From: Harriotta raleighana | Lineage: Eukaryota | Length of the DNA: 61,992 nt | Assembly: GCA_050575255.1 (NCBI GenBank) | Contig: JBNZDD010013694.1 | Coordinates: forward strand, 434,584-496,575 | Direction of reading: 5' to 3' | Part shown: piece by piece, positions 1-12,593 of the stretch | How the letters are laid out: each line of letters starts with the position of its first letter | Numbering within the stretch: position 1 is the first letter of the stretch | Made by a program: the position numbers and the translations under genes | Notes under the pieces: generated by a model | What the model was told of the DNA's origin: nothing | The model's database searches: none | Seen by the model: only the letters and a program-made list of their open reading frames with translations

Positions 1-2094
1 AATCAAAAAAGCTCATAGCTGAAAATACAATGCTATGAGCTTCATTTCTCAGAATTCCCAGTTGAGAATAGTGTCAATATTAGATGCACAAATGAATTGT
101 AGTTTACAATTCCACCAAGATTGAGACACGTTTCTGATTTTTGTACAACACTACAATAATGGGACACCAGTACTGTCCATTTTTTTTTACAAAAAAAATT
201 AATTTACGCACATACAGTATAATGAGCTATGACATTTTTGTACTGAATTGGGAGGTGTCATGGAAATATACAAACAGATTTGTTTCCAAAAATATCCCAA
301 ATTAAACATAATACCTCCCAGTTTATCTCCCCACACATTTGAGCAAAGTGCAATGAGAGTAATGGTGTGGGCTGATAATTCAGTATAATGCTCCACCATA
401 AGTTCATCATCACATTCATTTTGTTAGTTGTCCCATTGAAGCTAATAGAATGAGCTTCAATCCCAATGGAACTGATGGATGGACTCAAGGTGTGTTTCAG
501 TTCATTGTATCTAATTCTAAACCTTCAATTATCTACTAATTAATGAGTTATACATTGACATCCTCAAAAATATGTGATTTTTAAAAACAACTTTTGGGCT
601 CAAGGTATGTTACAGTGGTATGTAACATGTCCCAATGCAGTAATCTTTCAGCATTTTCCAGTATAGGGTAACTCTGCTTACTCAGTGTGGAATATTTTCC
701 TTTTTTCTCTTTTTCGGGTTTATGGTTCTCCCAGTTTGGCGCCAAACTCTGCCATTGTTCAGCACTTTAAGACACTCCTCTGCATGGAGATTGCTAAATA
801 AATGCAAGTTGTTGTTCCCGTTCAGTGTGGGTATTGAATGGTCATAGTGTACATGAATCCAGTTCTGGCACTGAATAGTTGGCTTCTCATACTGAAAGAT
901 GTCTGCTTTTTAGATCATCAAACCTTGCTGGTATAATTTCCCGCACATTACACCCATTTGTGCTATATATAGGAAGGGTATCTGATGTGACTTCCTCGTG
1001 CACCTCAGCCTGATTACCAGCCATTATTTTTGAAGGTGTGGGCCAAATGCATTGTCAAAGACAGGCATTTTTCAGAGAGTTTTGGTGGTAAGGAGGGAAT
1101 GTAGTTATCTTTCAGATGATCAGATTTCACTCGAGAAGGTAATGTAGATTTCCTGTGTTTAGTTTATCTTTATTTCAAATTTCAGCACACATTTTTTTTC
1201 AATGTCCAGGTGGAATCGCTTTTCCTCATTTCTACGCTCCTAAAAGTGTTTTCCTGACCTCTATTTAATGAACTGTTTGCAAATCCCTGTCTGAGCTCTA
1301 GTAAGATGAACTCTCTGTTGACGTGAACTGAATCACTCAGAGACCCTGAATGTGCAATGCCTCATGAAATGCCTCACAGAGCAAACAAAGACTTGAGCCA
1401 GAGGTGCACTGTGAATCCCTTTATTCATGACAGTGGCTTTTTTAATATAGGACAAACCATTGAATGTTAATGTCCAAATTCATCAAATTTCAACCTCATG
1501 CATGAAAAACAATTCAATCTGAAGATACACAATACCTAATAAATCTCTGCAAAGAAAATAGTGATGGCTTATATCAGGATTTTAATAAATGTCAACAGAA
1601 TGAAATGTGACTTCCCGATCAAAGTTGATATTCAAATGCTAAAGTATAATAAAATATAATAGGCAGAATACATTACTCTTAATCACCATTTTAGAACAGA
1701 TACAAGTAAATTGTGCAGACGAGAATTAAAGTAATACATAATTTATACGTGGCTTCTTTCCTTTTGATGCTGGAGCATTAGAAAGGCTTCATCTCTAATG
1801 CAATGCTTTATGAGCTACTAATGGGTTCATCGTGAATAAAACAGAAAACATTTAATAAATGCTTTTTAGTAAATGTTTTCCATGCATGATTATGCAGCTA
1901 GACTCTGCAGATTCTGCTTGAAAAATTAGATCAAGTATTCCTGGTGTCAATCCAGGATGAAGTGTAAATGTTTTAATTTAAGTTTAGGCACAATGTCAGT
2001 GGCTCTATGGTCAAGAATTTGATATTTTCACTTATCTAATACTAACAATCCTTGCATTTGATGTAGCACCTTTCATGTGGTTAATATGTCTCAT

Positions 2095-2870
2095 TGGCTC
2101 CCGTTAACGTCTAAATCTCCAGCGGTTGAAACTCCTCAACCTTCCCGAGCTCTCCCTCAGATACTCTGAAATCATGTGCAATTGAGGCATAAGATTCAAT
2201 CCCCAGCTTTCATGTCTACCTCACATCCACTCCCTGACCAGGATCGCTTTTTTCCACCTCTGTCACATTGCGGGCCTCCGTCCTTACCTCACACTCATAG
2301 TAGCCAACACCATTGTCCACACCTTTGTCACTCCCCAGCTGGGATATTCCAATGCCTTCCTCCTGGTCTCTCCAGCTCCACCATATATAAAATTCAATTA
2401 AGTCAAAACTCCGCCACCCGGATATTCAACCGCACAAAACTCAATACCTCTAACGGCTCCTAATTATTGAATGGATCTATTTCAAGTTCCTCTTACCCAT
2501 TTTCAAATCCCTTCATGCCCTCGCACCTCCCTACCTCTCCAATCTTCTTACCCCTCACTCTATCACTTGCTGCCACTGCTCGGTTGGCTTGGGCCTCCAA
2601 TTTGTCCCTCATCCACTCAGCACCATCTGGTTGTGTCTTCACCCACTACGCCGCAAAACTCTGTAACACTAACCGTTAATCCCTCCTCCTTGCCACCTCC
2701 CTCTTCACTTTCAAATTCCGCCTAAACACTTTCCTTTTTGATCATATTTACGTTCAACTCCCTCCCACCATCCCTTTCCCCCTGGTTTAGTGTCAGACTC
2801 CGCCATGGTCAAGCTCGCTGAGACGTTTCCTGTGTGGAGGGCACTATGTAAATACAAGTTGATGTTGTTG
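2095..2870 (+). mobile_element. L2-clade LINE, 5'-truncated, decayed ORF2 C-terminus and 3' end
   Basis: Frameshifted L2-like peptide traces (..KIQLSQNSATRI..); 3' end gagacgtttcctgtgtggagggcactatgtaaatacaag followed by (gtt)n tail. Confidence 0.85.
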
Positions 2871-2871
2871 T

Positions 2872-3110
2872 CTCAAAGAACTTCACAGGACAGAATGTAA
2901 AGTAGATTGACTGTATTTTGACTGAATGAAACGTGGAAGTCAGTTATTCTGTTCCACAAACAAGCATTGAATCTCTTTTATTTGGGGGATTATTGACCAG
3001 GGCATTAGGAGAAACTCCCTTCTCTTTCCAAAGAGCGCCATGGAATCTTTAACATCCACCTGAACAGGAAGACGGGACCTCTATTTAATGTCTCATCTAA
3101 AGGAAAGTGC
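2872..3110 (-). mobile_element. Old Deu-type SINE fragment (SacSINE1/AmnSINE1-like)
   Basis: Reverse complement of recalled core (gccatggaatctttaacatccacctgaacagg..atgtctcatct); homologous to the copy at 30181. Confidence 0.65.
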
Positions 3111-3135
3111 AGATATCAGGTCATCATAGCTAGGT

Positions 3136-3421
3136 GGAGTCCTCTAGCTCAGTGGTAAGAGCACTTGCATTGCAAGAGAGATCTGGAGAATGTTTCCTTT
3201 CTCCACAGGCCTGATGATAATCCCTCAAGAAAAATAATAATAACAATTTGTTCACTCAATTCATATTCTGTTCGTGGGCCACCACTGTGTGCAATTGCCT
3301 GTCGTGTTTTGCCCAAAAATATACAGTCAATTCATTCTACATTATATTCTGTGAAGCACTTAGCGATGTCGTCAAGGCATGCAAAAGTGCTCTACCAAAT
3401 GCAAGAATTTTTATTATTATC
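3136..3421 (+). mobile_element. tRNA-Ala-derived SINE (family A), internal deletion in head
   Basis: ggagtcctctagctcagtgg A-box head; shared body; L2-type 3' end with (tta)n tail. Confidence 0.9.
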
Positions 3422-3475
3422 ATGCGAAAGGCAATGTAAAACAACAACAAAATTCTGTTTGTACAACGCTTTTCA

Positions 3476-3786
3476 GTCGTGTAGCACAGTGGTTAAAGCC
3501 CTTGACTTGAAAGCGAGAGACCTGCGTTCGATTCCAGTGAGGATGAAACCTTGGCAAAGTTTCCATACTCCACATGCCTGATAATAATCCCTCGAAAAAA
3601 AAACAATAATAAATTGGTCACTTCAATCCACAACTGTTTGTGCGACATTGCTGTGCGCAATCGGCTGCCTCGTTTGGCCCACAAATATATAGTGTATTTT
3701 ACAGAATATTCTGTTAAATGCTTTGAGATTACTAGAAGACATGAAAAGTACTACTGTATATCAAATGTAAGGATTATTATTATTAT
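3476..3786 (+). mobile_element. tRNA-derived SINE (family A), near full length
   Basis: A box tagcacagtgg, B box gttcgattcc, shared body, (att)n tail. Confidence 0.92.
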
Positions 3787-4410
3787 TGGTATCGGAGGTT
3801 GGTGCAGTCCCAGAGTGCAATCAGTCAATGTTTTGGACCCAAACTGGGAGGTCAGAATTGGGAAGGATGGAGGACAGAGTGGGGGGGGGGGAAACACAAG
3901 TGACGAAAGGCATGGTCAAAGACAAGGATCTAGAGATCGGTCTTGAAGAAGGCAAGGGAGGTAGTAGGCGACTGCAGAACTGCGGGATGGAGTTCCAAAG
4001 AACAGGGCAGAGTGGCAGAAGGCCACTCGCCAACAGTGTGGCAGGTAATGCAGGGGAAGTAAAGAAGGCCAATACCCACTCAGCGGAAGAAGGGGAGAGG
4101 TTGGTAGGATGTTAGGAGGTCGCAGAACTAAATGGGAGCGAGGCCGTGGAGGGCTTTGCAGATGGGGACCAAGATCTTGAATGTGTCATCTGTTTGATGG
4201 GAAACCAGTGGAATTGGGCAAGGATGGGGGTGATATGGTCACAGAGATTGGTGAGGATCAGGGCATGGGCTGCAGAGGTCTGGAAGATCTGCAGCCTTTG
4301 GAGGGAAGAGTTGGGGAGGCTGACAAGCAGAGAGTTTACATACTTGAGCTTGGATGTTATGAATGCATGTTTGAGTGAGTTTGAGTGACTTGTATGGATA
4401 TGGCAGAAGT

Positions 4411-4455
4411 GAAGGAAGGAAGGAAGGAAGGAAGGGAGGAAGGAAGGAAGGAAGA
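4411..4455 (+). repeat. (GGAA)n microsatellite
   Basis: gaaggaaggaaggaagg.. seen directly; repeated at ~5471-5515. Confidence 0.95.
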
Positions 4456-4730
4456 ACAGGTCATATCATGGATGTGGGGTAGAAAGGATAATTGAGGGTG
4501 AAACAAGATGCCAAGGTTCCGGATTGGTTCAGTGAGGTGGAGTGTGCATTCTTGGATGGTATTGCTGTCAGTGCCAGAGGTATGGAGGCACTGAAGGTAG
4601 CCAATCAGAAGAGCCTTGGTCTTGTTGACATTCAACTATAGAAAGTTATCTCTCACCCAGGACTTGATGTCTGATCAAGATTCTGTCAGGACAGCAGTGG
4701 TCCTGGATTTGAGAGTAGAGGCAGAGTTGG

Positions 4731-4868
4731 ATAGGAAGATTAAGGGATATGGGGATAAGGTTGGAGTTAGATGGAGATAGATTAGAAGAACAGCCATAAT
4801 TTTATTGAATGGCAGGGCAGGCTCGAGAGGCTTAATGGACTACTCCAGGTCTTAATTGCCATGTTCCT
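4731..4868 (+). mobile_element. CR1-type LINE 3' end inserted in L2, 6-bp TSD AGTTGG
   Basis: gaatggcagggcaggctcgagaggcttaatggactactcc motif; agttgg at 4725-4730 and 4869-4874. Confidence 0.8.
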
Positions 4869-7450
4869 AGTTGGGTGCCATCCGCATACGTGTGGAAATT
4901 GACCTCATGTCTGCGGATGATTTCATCAAGAGGGAGCATATAGATGTTGAAGAGGAGGTGGGGGAACCAAGGACACAGCTCTGAGGATCTCCCCTTGAGA
5001 CAGTGTGGGGGCTAGAGGAGGTGCTGTTTGTGGAGGTGTGAGAGGTAGAATCTGAACTATTCAAGGACAGAACCATGAAGGTTGAGGTAAAGCGAGAGGC
5101 GGTGGAGGAAGATAGTATGGTGAATGGTACCAAAGGCAACAGGGATGTCAAGGAGGGCATGGAGGCAGAGGAAGCCCTGGTCGCAGATATACAAAATGTC
5201 CTTTGTCACTTTGACCAAGGCTGTTTTTGTGTGCAGCATGGAAACCTGTTTAGAAGGGTTTGTGAAGGAAGTGGTACAGTAAAAGCAAAACCTTTTTTTT
5301 AAATCAAGAGCTAAACAATTACACTGCAAAGTAGGACAGCTGACATTTGATATTTGAGAGAACCATTTATCAGCAGTAATGGTTTGATTTAAATCATTAA
5401 TTTTTTCTGGGGCTTCATTCAGACATTCTAACAGTATATGAGACAACACAGACATCTGGCTCAGTGNAGTGAAGGAAGGAAGGAAGGAAGGAAGGGAGGA
5501 AGGAAGGAAGGAAGAACAGGTCATATCATGGATGTGGGGTAGAAAGGATAATTGAGGGTGAAACAAGATGCCAAGGTTCCGGATTGGTTCAGTGAGGTGG
5601 AGTGTGCATTCTTGGATGGTATTGCTGTCAGTGCCAGAGGTATGGAGGCACTGAAGGTAGCCAATCAGAAGAGCCTTGGTCTTGTTGACATTCAACTATA
5701 GAAAGTTATCTCTCACCCAGGACTTGATGTCTGATCAAGATTCTGTCAGGACAGCAGTGGTCCTGGATTTGAGAGTAGAGGCAGAGTTGGATAGGAAGAT
5801 TAAGGGATATGGGGATAAGGTTGGAGTTAGATGGAGATAGATTAGAAGAACAGCCATAATTTTATTGAATGGCAGGGCAGGCTCGAGAGGCTTAATGGAC
5901 TACTCCAGGTCTTAATTGCCATGTTCCTAGTTGGGTGCCATCCGCATACGTGTGGAAATTGACCTCATGTCTGCGGATGATTTCATCAAGAGGGAGCATA
6001 TAGATGTTGAAGAGGAGGTGGGGGAACCAAGGACACAGCTCTGAGGATCTCCCCTTGAGACAGTGTGGGGGCTAGAGGAGGTGCTGTTTGTGGAGGTGTG
6101 AGAGGTAGAATCTGAACTATTCAAGGACAGAACCATGAAGGTTGAGGTAAAGCGAGAGGCGGTGGAGGAAGATAGTATGGTGAATGGTACCAAAGGCAAC
6201 AGGGATGTCAAGGAGGGCATGGAGGCAGAGGAAGCCCTGGTCGCAGATATACAAAATGTCCTTTGTCACTTTGACCAAGGCTGTTTTTGTGTGCAGCATG
6301 GAAACCTGTTTAGAAGGGTTTGTGAAGGAAGTGGTACAGTAAAAGCAAAACCTTTTTTTTAAATCAAGAGCTAAACAATTACACTGCAAAGTAGGACAGC
6401 TGACATTTGATATTTGAGAGAACCATTTATCAGCAGTAATGGTTTGATTTAAATCATTAATTTTTTCTGGGGCTTCATTCAGACATTCTAACAGTATATG
6501 AGACAACACAGACATCTGGCTCAGTGGTGAAGGGCTGTCTGGAGACTGCTGTCTGGATTTTAAATTTAAAAAAAAGGAATGAATCACTCCTGATTGCTGT
6601 GATTATACACAGCAGGATTCCTCCCACTATATGAGTGCATCATTTTAGCTATCTTAAGCACAACATAACTTGGGCAAAATGTTTTATAGGATGCTACGGT
6701 GTTGAAAAGTGCTCTACTTTGCACCTTTTTACAGTACAGTACTTAGATTTCTGGTAAAGGAAACTATTACTATACAGTGAGGCACCCTGGTGTCTTTTGG
6801 TCATATGAGAATCTGTCATGTGCAGAAACCTATCACAGTGCTTCAGTGATGAGTTTCCATATGTGTCAGACACCTGCCTGATGAAAGAAAAACAGTGAAA
6901 AATGAGTCAAACAGCAGATGAAGTTCAGATAAAACTTCCCAATGTTCTCATGGACCAGTTTTGAAAGTGGCCATCAGAAAATGTCTCTCTATTGAAGAAA
7001 TTACTTCTGATGTTTTGCTTAGTCCTAGCAAACCTCAATGTTTCAGTGAGGATCGGATCTTGAAGAATTAAGAAATTGGAGTGCAAAACACTGGAATTTG
7101 TTGTCTTGAAATAGCCATATGTAAAGTGTCTCAATTTTGCCTTTCTTTGATCCATCTTGCAGGGAACAGCTTTCCTATGCTCTATATCCTCTAAATCCTA
7201 TGTATCAAACTTAACATGACCTCCTCTCACAGCACCATTCGGTTATGCACAAGCTATCTTGAACGTTCTAAGCTGCGTTAAACAAAATGGCAGATGTCTT
7301 TAAAACTATTTTTAAAAATATTCTTACAAATGAATCTTGAAATTTCCTTTCCACTTAAAATGTCTTTTTATAATAACATCATATGACATCTTAAATATCG
7401 ACATTGAGTTATTTGTGCAGAAGTTCACTTGTAAGTAAAATTAAACTGCT

Positions 7451-7560
7451 AATAATAATATATAATAATCCTTGCATTTGATATAGTGCTTTTACATCTT
7501 CTAGACGTCTCAAAGTCGTTCACACAATGTACTATAAAGTGAATTAACTGTATATTTGTG
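7451..7560 (-). mobile_element. SINE family A, 3' fragment
   Basis: aataatccttgcatttgatatagtgcttttacatcttctagacgtctcaaag. Confidence 0.85.
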
Positions 7561-8293
7561 CTCTCATCGTGTACTTTTAGGAAAATGCTCTTGCATTCTA
7601 TTGACAGTTGCTAATGGTTTGGGCATTTTTAAAAGCTTTTTAAACGCGACATCAGTGTGATGGAATGATATGCAAATCGATCCATCCATGCTCTTTATTT
7701 CATCCACTTGGTGTTTTTTTATGCATTGACAGCTGGCAACAATATGCCTGTTTTGTGGGAGGAGGTGAGATGCGACCTCACTTGTTCTAGAAATCCAATT
7801 GCACAATTATACTAAATTAGCGTTGCTTGACAGCATATTTCATGAATTCCTGTTTAATGTGGAATGGCATAAGTAACATTTTGTTCCAACTGTTTCTAAC
7901 AGTCTCTGTTTCAAGATTGCTAGTCAACTTTTACCTGAGCTGTTATTATTTCCAGGACATGATGGATTCATTTCATATGACAGGAACAAATGTTTGTTCA
8001 AAATCTTTATGACCTTGATCTGCAAAGTCTCACCAGGGCAAAAAAAATGTGATTGCAAATACCGCACTGTACAAATCACGAGGAACATCTTCTGACTGAG
8101 TCCTCACACACCAGAGACACTAAAGCCACACAGAAGTGCACATTTGCTGCAGGCACACTTCTATAATCGAATGTCCCAAGAGAATCCCTCCAATCCTTCA
8201 ATGATAAATCCTTCATTTACCTCACTAATAATTCATGGAGTAACCAAAATGTTTAAAAATGCACAGGGCATAAAATGAAACATTATAAATTGG

Positions 8294-8420
8294 TTCTGAC
8301 AAAGGGTCGTGGATCTGAAACATTGCCTCACTTTTCCTTTCTCCATAGATGCTGCCTCAACTGCTGAGGCAACAGCAATTTCTGTTTTTGTTTCAGATTT
8401 CCAGCATTTTGTGTTTGTGT
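8294..8420 (+). mobile_element. Penelope-like element terminal fragment
   Basis: tctgacaaagggtc..tgaaacatt..ctccatagatgctgcc..ctgctgag..ttctgtttttgtttcagatttccagca matches the recalled shark Penelope-like end. Confidence 0.65.
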
Positions 8421-8490
8421 TTTGGATTATAAATTGGTTATTTGGATATGAAAAATACTTAATTCATGAGCAGCTTCTCAATCTCACTTA

Positions 8491-8746
8491 TAATACAATA
8501 ATCCTTGCATTTGATGCAGTGCTTTTTATGTCTTCTAGGTGTCTCAAAGTGTTTCAAAGAATATACAGTACTTTAAAGTGTACGTACAGTATTAGTGGGC
8601 AAAATACGACAGCCAATTGCACACCGGGAGTGTCCCACAAACAGTCGTGGGTTGAAGTGACCAATTTATGATTGTGTTTTTTTTGGTAAGGGATTATTAT
8701 TAGGTGCCCAGATGCAAGGAAACTAACCACTGAGCTACACAACTCC
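8491..8746 (-). mobile_element. SINE family A with deletion in head
   Basis: Tail, body and aaccactgagctacacaactcc head end in reverse orientation. Confidence 0.9.
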
Positions 8747-9244
8747 ACTTCCTGAGGTCAATTATTCCTTAATTATTCCCCACATTCCTATTCCAGAATG
8801 GGATAGAGAATTCCATATAATAATAAAGATTATTGCAGCATTATAACCAGCTCAAATAGGTTCATTTATTGTGTCTTTTGGTTATTTTAATGAGGTACAC
8901 CACGAATGAAGCATAAGTATGTAAAATATGATAGAATGTCTATGATATAAAATGACTAGTTGTATTGTACTCTATACAATGTCTCCCTGCATATAATCTA
9001 AAACTATTTACAATTATTTAAACAATTATGAAATCTATCAGAAAATTTCAGGGAATGTTTCAATTGGGATGGCAGAGACAAGGATTTAACTGCATTGTGT
9101 AGATTTGAAACACAGCACCAATCATCTATTTGTGTAACCTCTACATAAACTCTATCTAAATTGGTGATAACAAAGAATCCAAAGATTGCATTCTTCTATG
9201 TGGAATAACATTACTGAACATTTAGCATTGAGAGTAATAAGTCA

Positions 9245-9600
9245 TCCACAACAACTTAAATTTATATTGCGCCTCTCACATTATAAAAGTCTGAAAGTGC
9301 TTGAGGATAATAGGAATAAAAAATGTTATGATATGTTTGTAGAAGCTTTTTGAAGGCAGGGAGACTGGTCTCCAAAGCACAGAGCTGAAGATTTGGCTAC
9401 CAATGGCTCAGCAGAATGGGAAGTGAGCACGAGACCAGTTGAAAGAGTGTAGGATGTAGACTGGATTATAGAATTCAGCAAGATTTCACAAGTGACTGAT
9501 CTTTAACTTAATCCTCTGAGACACCAGGAGCCAATGGAGCTTGGCAAGTTTGGGGATAATGAATGTGCAGAGTCTTGTGGGTGTCAACGATGAACAGTTT
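9245..9600 (-). mobile_element. Highly decayed L2 3' fragment
   Basis: acaacaacttaaatttatattgcgcctctcac tail; caggagccaatggagcttggcaag (LHWLP-region antisense). Confidence 0.6.
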
Positions 9601-9609
9601 TTAAATCAC

Positions 9610-10600
9610 AATAAGAGGCCATTCCTCAATAATCAAGTAAGATTGAGCATCAGGTTTTACAAACAAAAGGATGGGAGGTGTGTTTTAAGATTGGCCTCAT
9701 CTTTGGTGGACATTTAAGTGGCTTTGTACACAACTATAAAGGTAAGTGAAGTAGTCTACATTCTCTATCATCATTCCATTCATCGTGATGGATGACGGAC
9801 AAGCCAAATTACCAGGTGCAGGTTGATAAAGCACTTTAGTTTTGGAAACATTAATAGAATCTGGAAAAGGCTGTAGGCTTCAGCAAAACTGTCAAGGATC
9901 ATTTGAAGATTACTTGCAGAGTGAGTCTAAATTGTATGTTTGTCAGCTACTGGAGATCAATGATGATGAAAAGTTTTGTCTTTGCCTGTAAGTGCCTTAG
10001 GTTGAGAAGTTTTCCTTCTGATCACCACTGGATAGATTGATAGTCGCTCAGAATAGAAAAACAATAAGAAAAATAGCAGAAAAGGGAAAGTGCAATGAAG
10101 CACTCGTGCTTTACTTCAGTGTCAATGGGGAAGTTTACTGCCTGGGACCCCTGCATAGTATCTTCCTTTCCTGTTGTCGTGACATTGTTTGACAATTAAG
10201 ACAAATTTTCGGGAGCAACCAACTTCCGGAGAGTTTTCTGTAGAGTTTTCTCTGTTCTCTGAATTAGAAGCCTTACGAAGGTTGATAAACGGCATATAAT
10301 GATGATGGTGCTTCTCTTGACATATGCAAATATCATGCCATTAGTGCCCCTCCCAGGTCTGAAACCACTCTGGGTATTGGAAAGAATTTCTTTGCGAGTG
10401 CAAGTAGCAGACTCTAGATAGAATCTTCCTGTTTTTGAAAGCAGCTCAATACCACAATAATTGATGAAATCTGATTTCTCACTTTTTTTCTTATAGACTG
10501 TTATGATATTTGTATCTTTAAGATCCTGGGGGACTTCTTCCAGTTCCCAAATTCTTTGAAGAAGGTGGAGATTGTTGGTAAATGCTCTGCCATCCCAATT
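9610..10600 (-). mobile_element. RTE-clade LINE reverse transcriptase fragment (decayed)
   Basis: Minus-strand translation across frameshifts: RIWELEEVPQDLKDTNIITVYKKKSEKSD..QSGFRPGRGT..FNLRHLQAKTK..LQMILDSFAEAY..INVSKTKVLYQPAPG..IENVDYFTYL, characteristic of RTE/BovB-type RT. Confidence 0.85.
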
Positions 10601-10820
10601 GAAACATTTCCCTGAAATTTTCTGATAGATTTAATAATTGTTTAAATAATTCTTATAAATTTTGCTTGGAACTAATGGTAGGATCATCATATTTCTTAGA
10701 TATTATTACTGAGACAAGATAATAATGGAATTATAGTGATGGAGCAGGACACCAAACATAGCAGGAGAGAGTTGACTATAATTTATATATTTATAACATT
10801 GAATATTACTAAAACACCAA

Positions 10821-11101
10821 TTATCAGGCTGGATCTCATTTGAATAAGACATACAATATATTGTTCTGTTGGTATGTGTTATATTGTATAATCCAATTCA
10901 TCTTGGAAATAGGATTTCATTTCTTACATTGCTTAATACTGACAATTGTTGACAGAATTTTNTTATCAGGCTGGATCTCATTTGAATAAGACATACAATA
11001 TATTGTTCTGTTAGTATGTGTTATATTGTATAATCCAATTCATCTTGGAAATAGGATTTCATTTCTTACATTGCTGAATACTGACAATTGTTGACAGAAT
11101 T
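10821..11101. repeat. ~140-bp duplication around N (10962); probable haplotype/assembly overlap
   Basis: 10821-10961 vs 10963-11101 with ~2 substitutions. Confidence 0.85.
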
Positions 11102-11550
11102 GTTTTTCAAATTATGAGGCTGCTCTGAGCCATGAAACCACATGACCTGATTAGCCAGTCATACCAGTGTATTTTAAGTATTTTAAGCAATTGGTGAGCT
11201 TTAAAAAAATTGAATGCATTAGAATACTCAAGGTTTAAAAGCAACATTAACATAATTACTTCTTCCATAATGCACAATATTTTATAGCTACACATGTTTA
11301 CTGCTGTTCCTTCACCATGGACTCATCTGCATTCCTGGCACATTATGTAATGGAACCATACCGTGATAAAATAGACAAACCTGTGCTATTTTATCACCTA
11401 AAAAACTGGAATTGAGCCACTTGATCTTCTTCCAATTTCCCTCTGCTCATTTATATGGGAGATTCTAAATACTTCAGTTTGAAATTTGTGTTTATATCAT
11501 GGGGAGGGATCACATTAATGATGCAGTATATGATGTAATAATTATCATAT

Positions 11551-11895
11551 GGAGTAGCTTAGTGTTGGAGCACTTCGAGGACTGGGACTTGATACCCGGC
11601 AGGGCGAAATGTTGGGCAAGTTTCCTTAATTCACGTGTCTCGGTTTACCTAGCCTTAAGTAGGAACCCGGTTCATAGTCAATTGGTGGATCACTTATTTG
11701 GGGGGAATAATTATTTAAAAATAAATAAAAATAAATTGGTGACTCAATCCACAGCTGTTTGTGGGACCCTGCATATGCAAGTGGTTACTGCATTTTGCTC
11801 ACAAAATATAGTGTCAATTCACTCCATAGTATATTCTGTAAAGTGGGTTGTGATGTTTTAAAAATGCTATATCAAATGCAATAATTATTATTATA
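11551..11895 (+). mobile_element. SINE family A, long subfamily
   Basis: Extra internal segment tctcggtttacctagccttaagtaggaacccgg..; standard body and tail. Confidence 0.85.
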
Positions 11896-11974
11896 TGGAT
11901 AGGAAGAACATTCCTTAAAATACATTCTTATTGACAGTTTTATTTTTAGCAAATGAAAAACATGCTGCCAGCCA

Positions 11975-12062
11975 ACGACTGAGAGGAGAGATCCTCTCAA
12001 CCAGCCAGAGACTGAGAATAGGTATCCTCTATACCAGACAGAGATTGAGAGAGACCCTCTGT
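11975..12062 (+). repeat. Degenerate ~30-bp tandem repeat, ~3 units
   Basis: Recurring gactgaga..atcctct..accag.caga. Confidence 0.55.
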
Positions 12063-12316
12063 AGTAGCCTTCTGGTAAGAAGTCTGGTGAGTAATGCAAT
12101 AACCATAACTTTAAACCTGAGCAAGAGTCAGAGACATTACAGTCCCAGGAAGGAACAAGACATGAAAAACATTGAGGGGTAAATTGTGGGTCAAAGGAGT
12201 CAAACAGCCCAATGTAAGAATGGACATGGGGCAGAATATAATGGTGCCAATAATAGAGAAAGGAATATGGCTGAGCCAGAGTTGGGCAATATAACCAAAG
12301 GATTATAACTGGCAAA

Positions 12317-12593
12317 GAAGTCCTGTAGATCAGTGGTTAGAATACTCACTCTGCAAGTGAGATACTGGGCTTGATTCCCAGCAGGGCAAAAACGTGGGCA
12401 AGTTTTCATACTCCAAATGCCTGATAAATTGGCTCATTTCAATCCATGACTGTTTGTGGGACACTGCTGTGCACCACTGGCTGCTTCGTTTTGCCCACAT
12501 AATAATCAGTTAATTCACTTTACAGTATATTCTGTGAAATACTTTGAAACGCCTAGAAGTCAGGAAAAGTGCTGTATCAAATGAAAGGATTAT
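12317..12593 (+). mobile_element. SINE family A
   Basis: gtcctgtagatcagtggttag head, body, gctgtatcaaatgaaaggatta tail. Confidence 0.9.

Larger units (their letters stand above)
3790..5240 (-). mobile_element. L2 LINE ORF2/RT fragment, interrupted by (GGAA)n and a CR1 3' end
   Basis: Minus-strand peptides TKTALVKVTKDI..ALLDIPVAFGTIHH, NVNKTKALLIG..IRNLGILF, LWNSIP typical of L2 ORF2; frameshifted. Confidence 0.9.
4408..6526. repeat. 1059-bp direct duplication around a single N (5467); probable assembly overlap
   Basis: 4408-5466 repeated at 5468-6526 (offset 1060), no differences noticed. Confidence 0.9.

Noticed and set aside
5057-5695. 212-aa ORF
   Set aside because: Spans the N junction of a probable assembly duplication and joins L2 pieces with unique DNA.
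6878-6912. Second hammerhead-like CTGATGA..GAAA
   Set aside because: No pairing for stem II or III.
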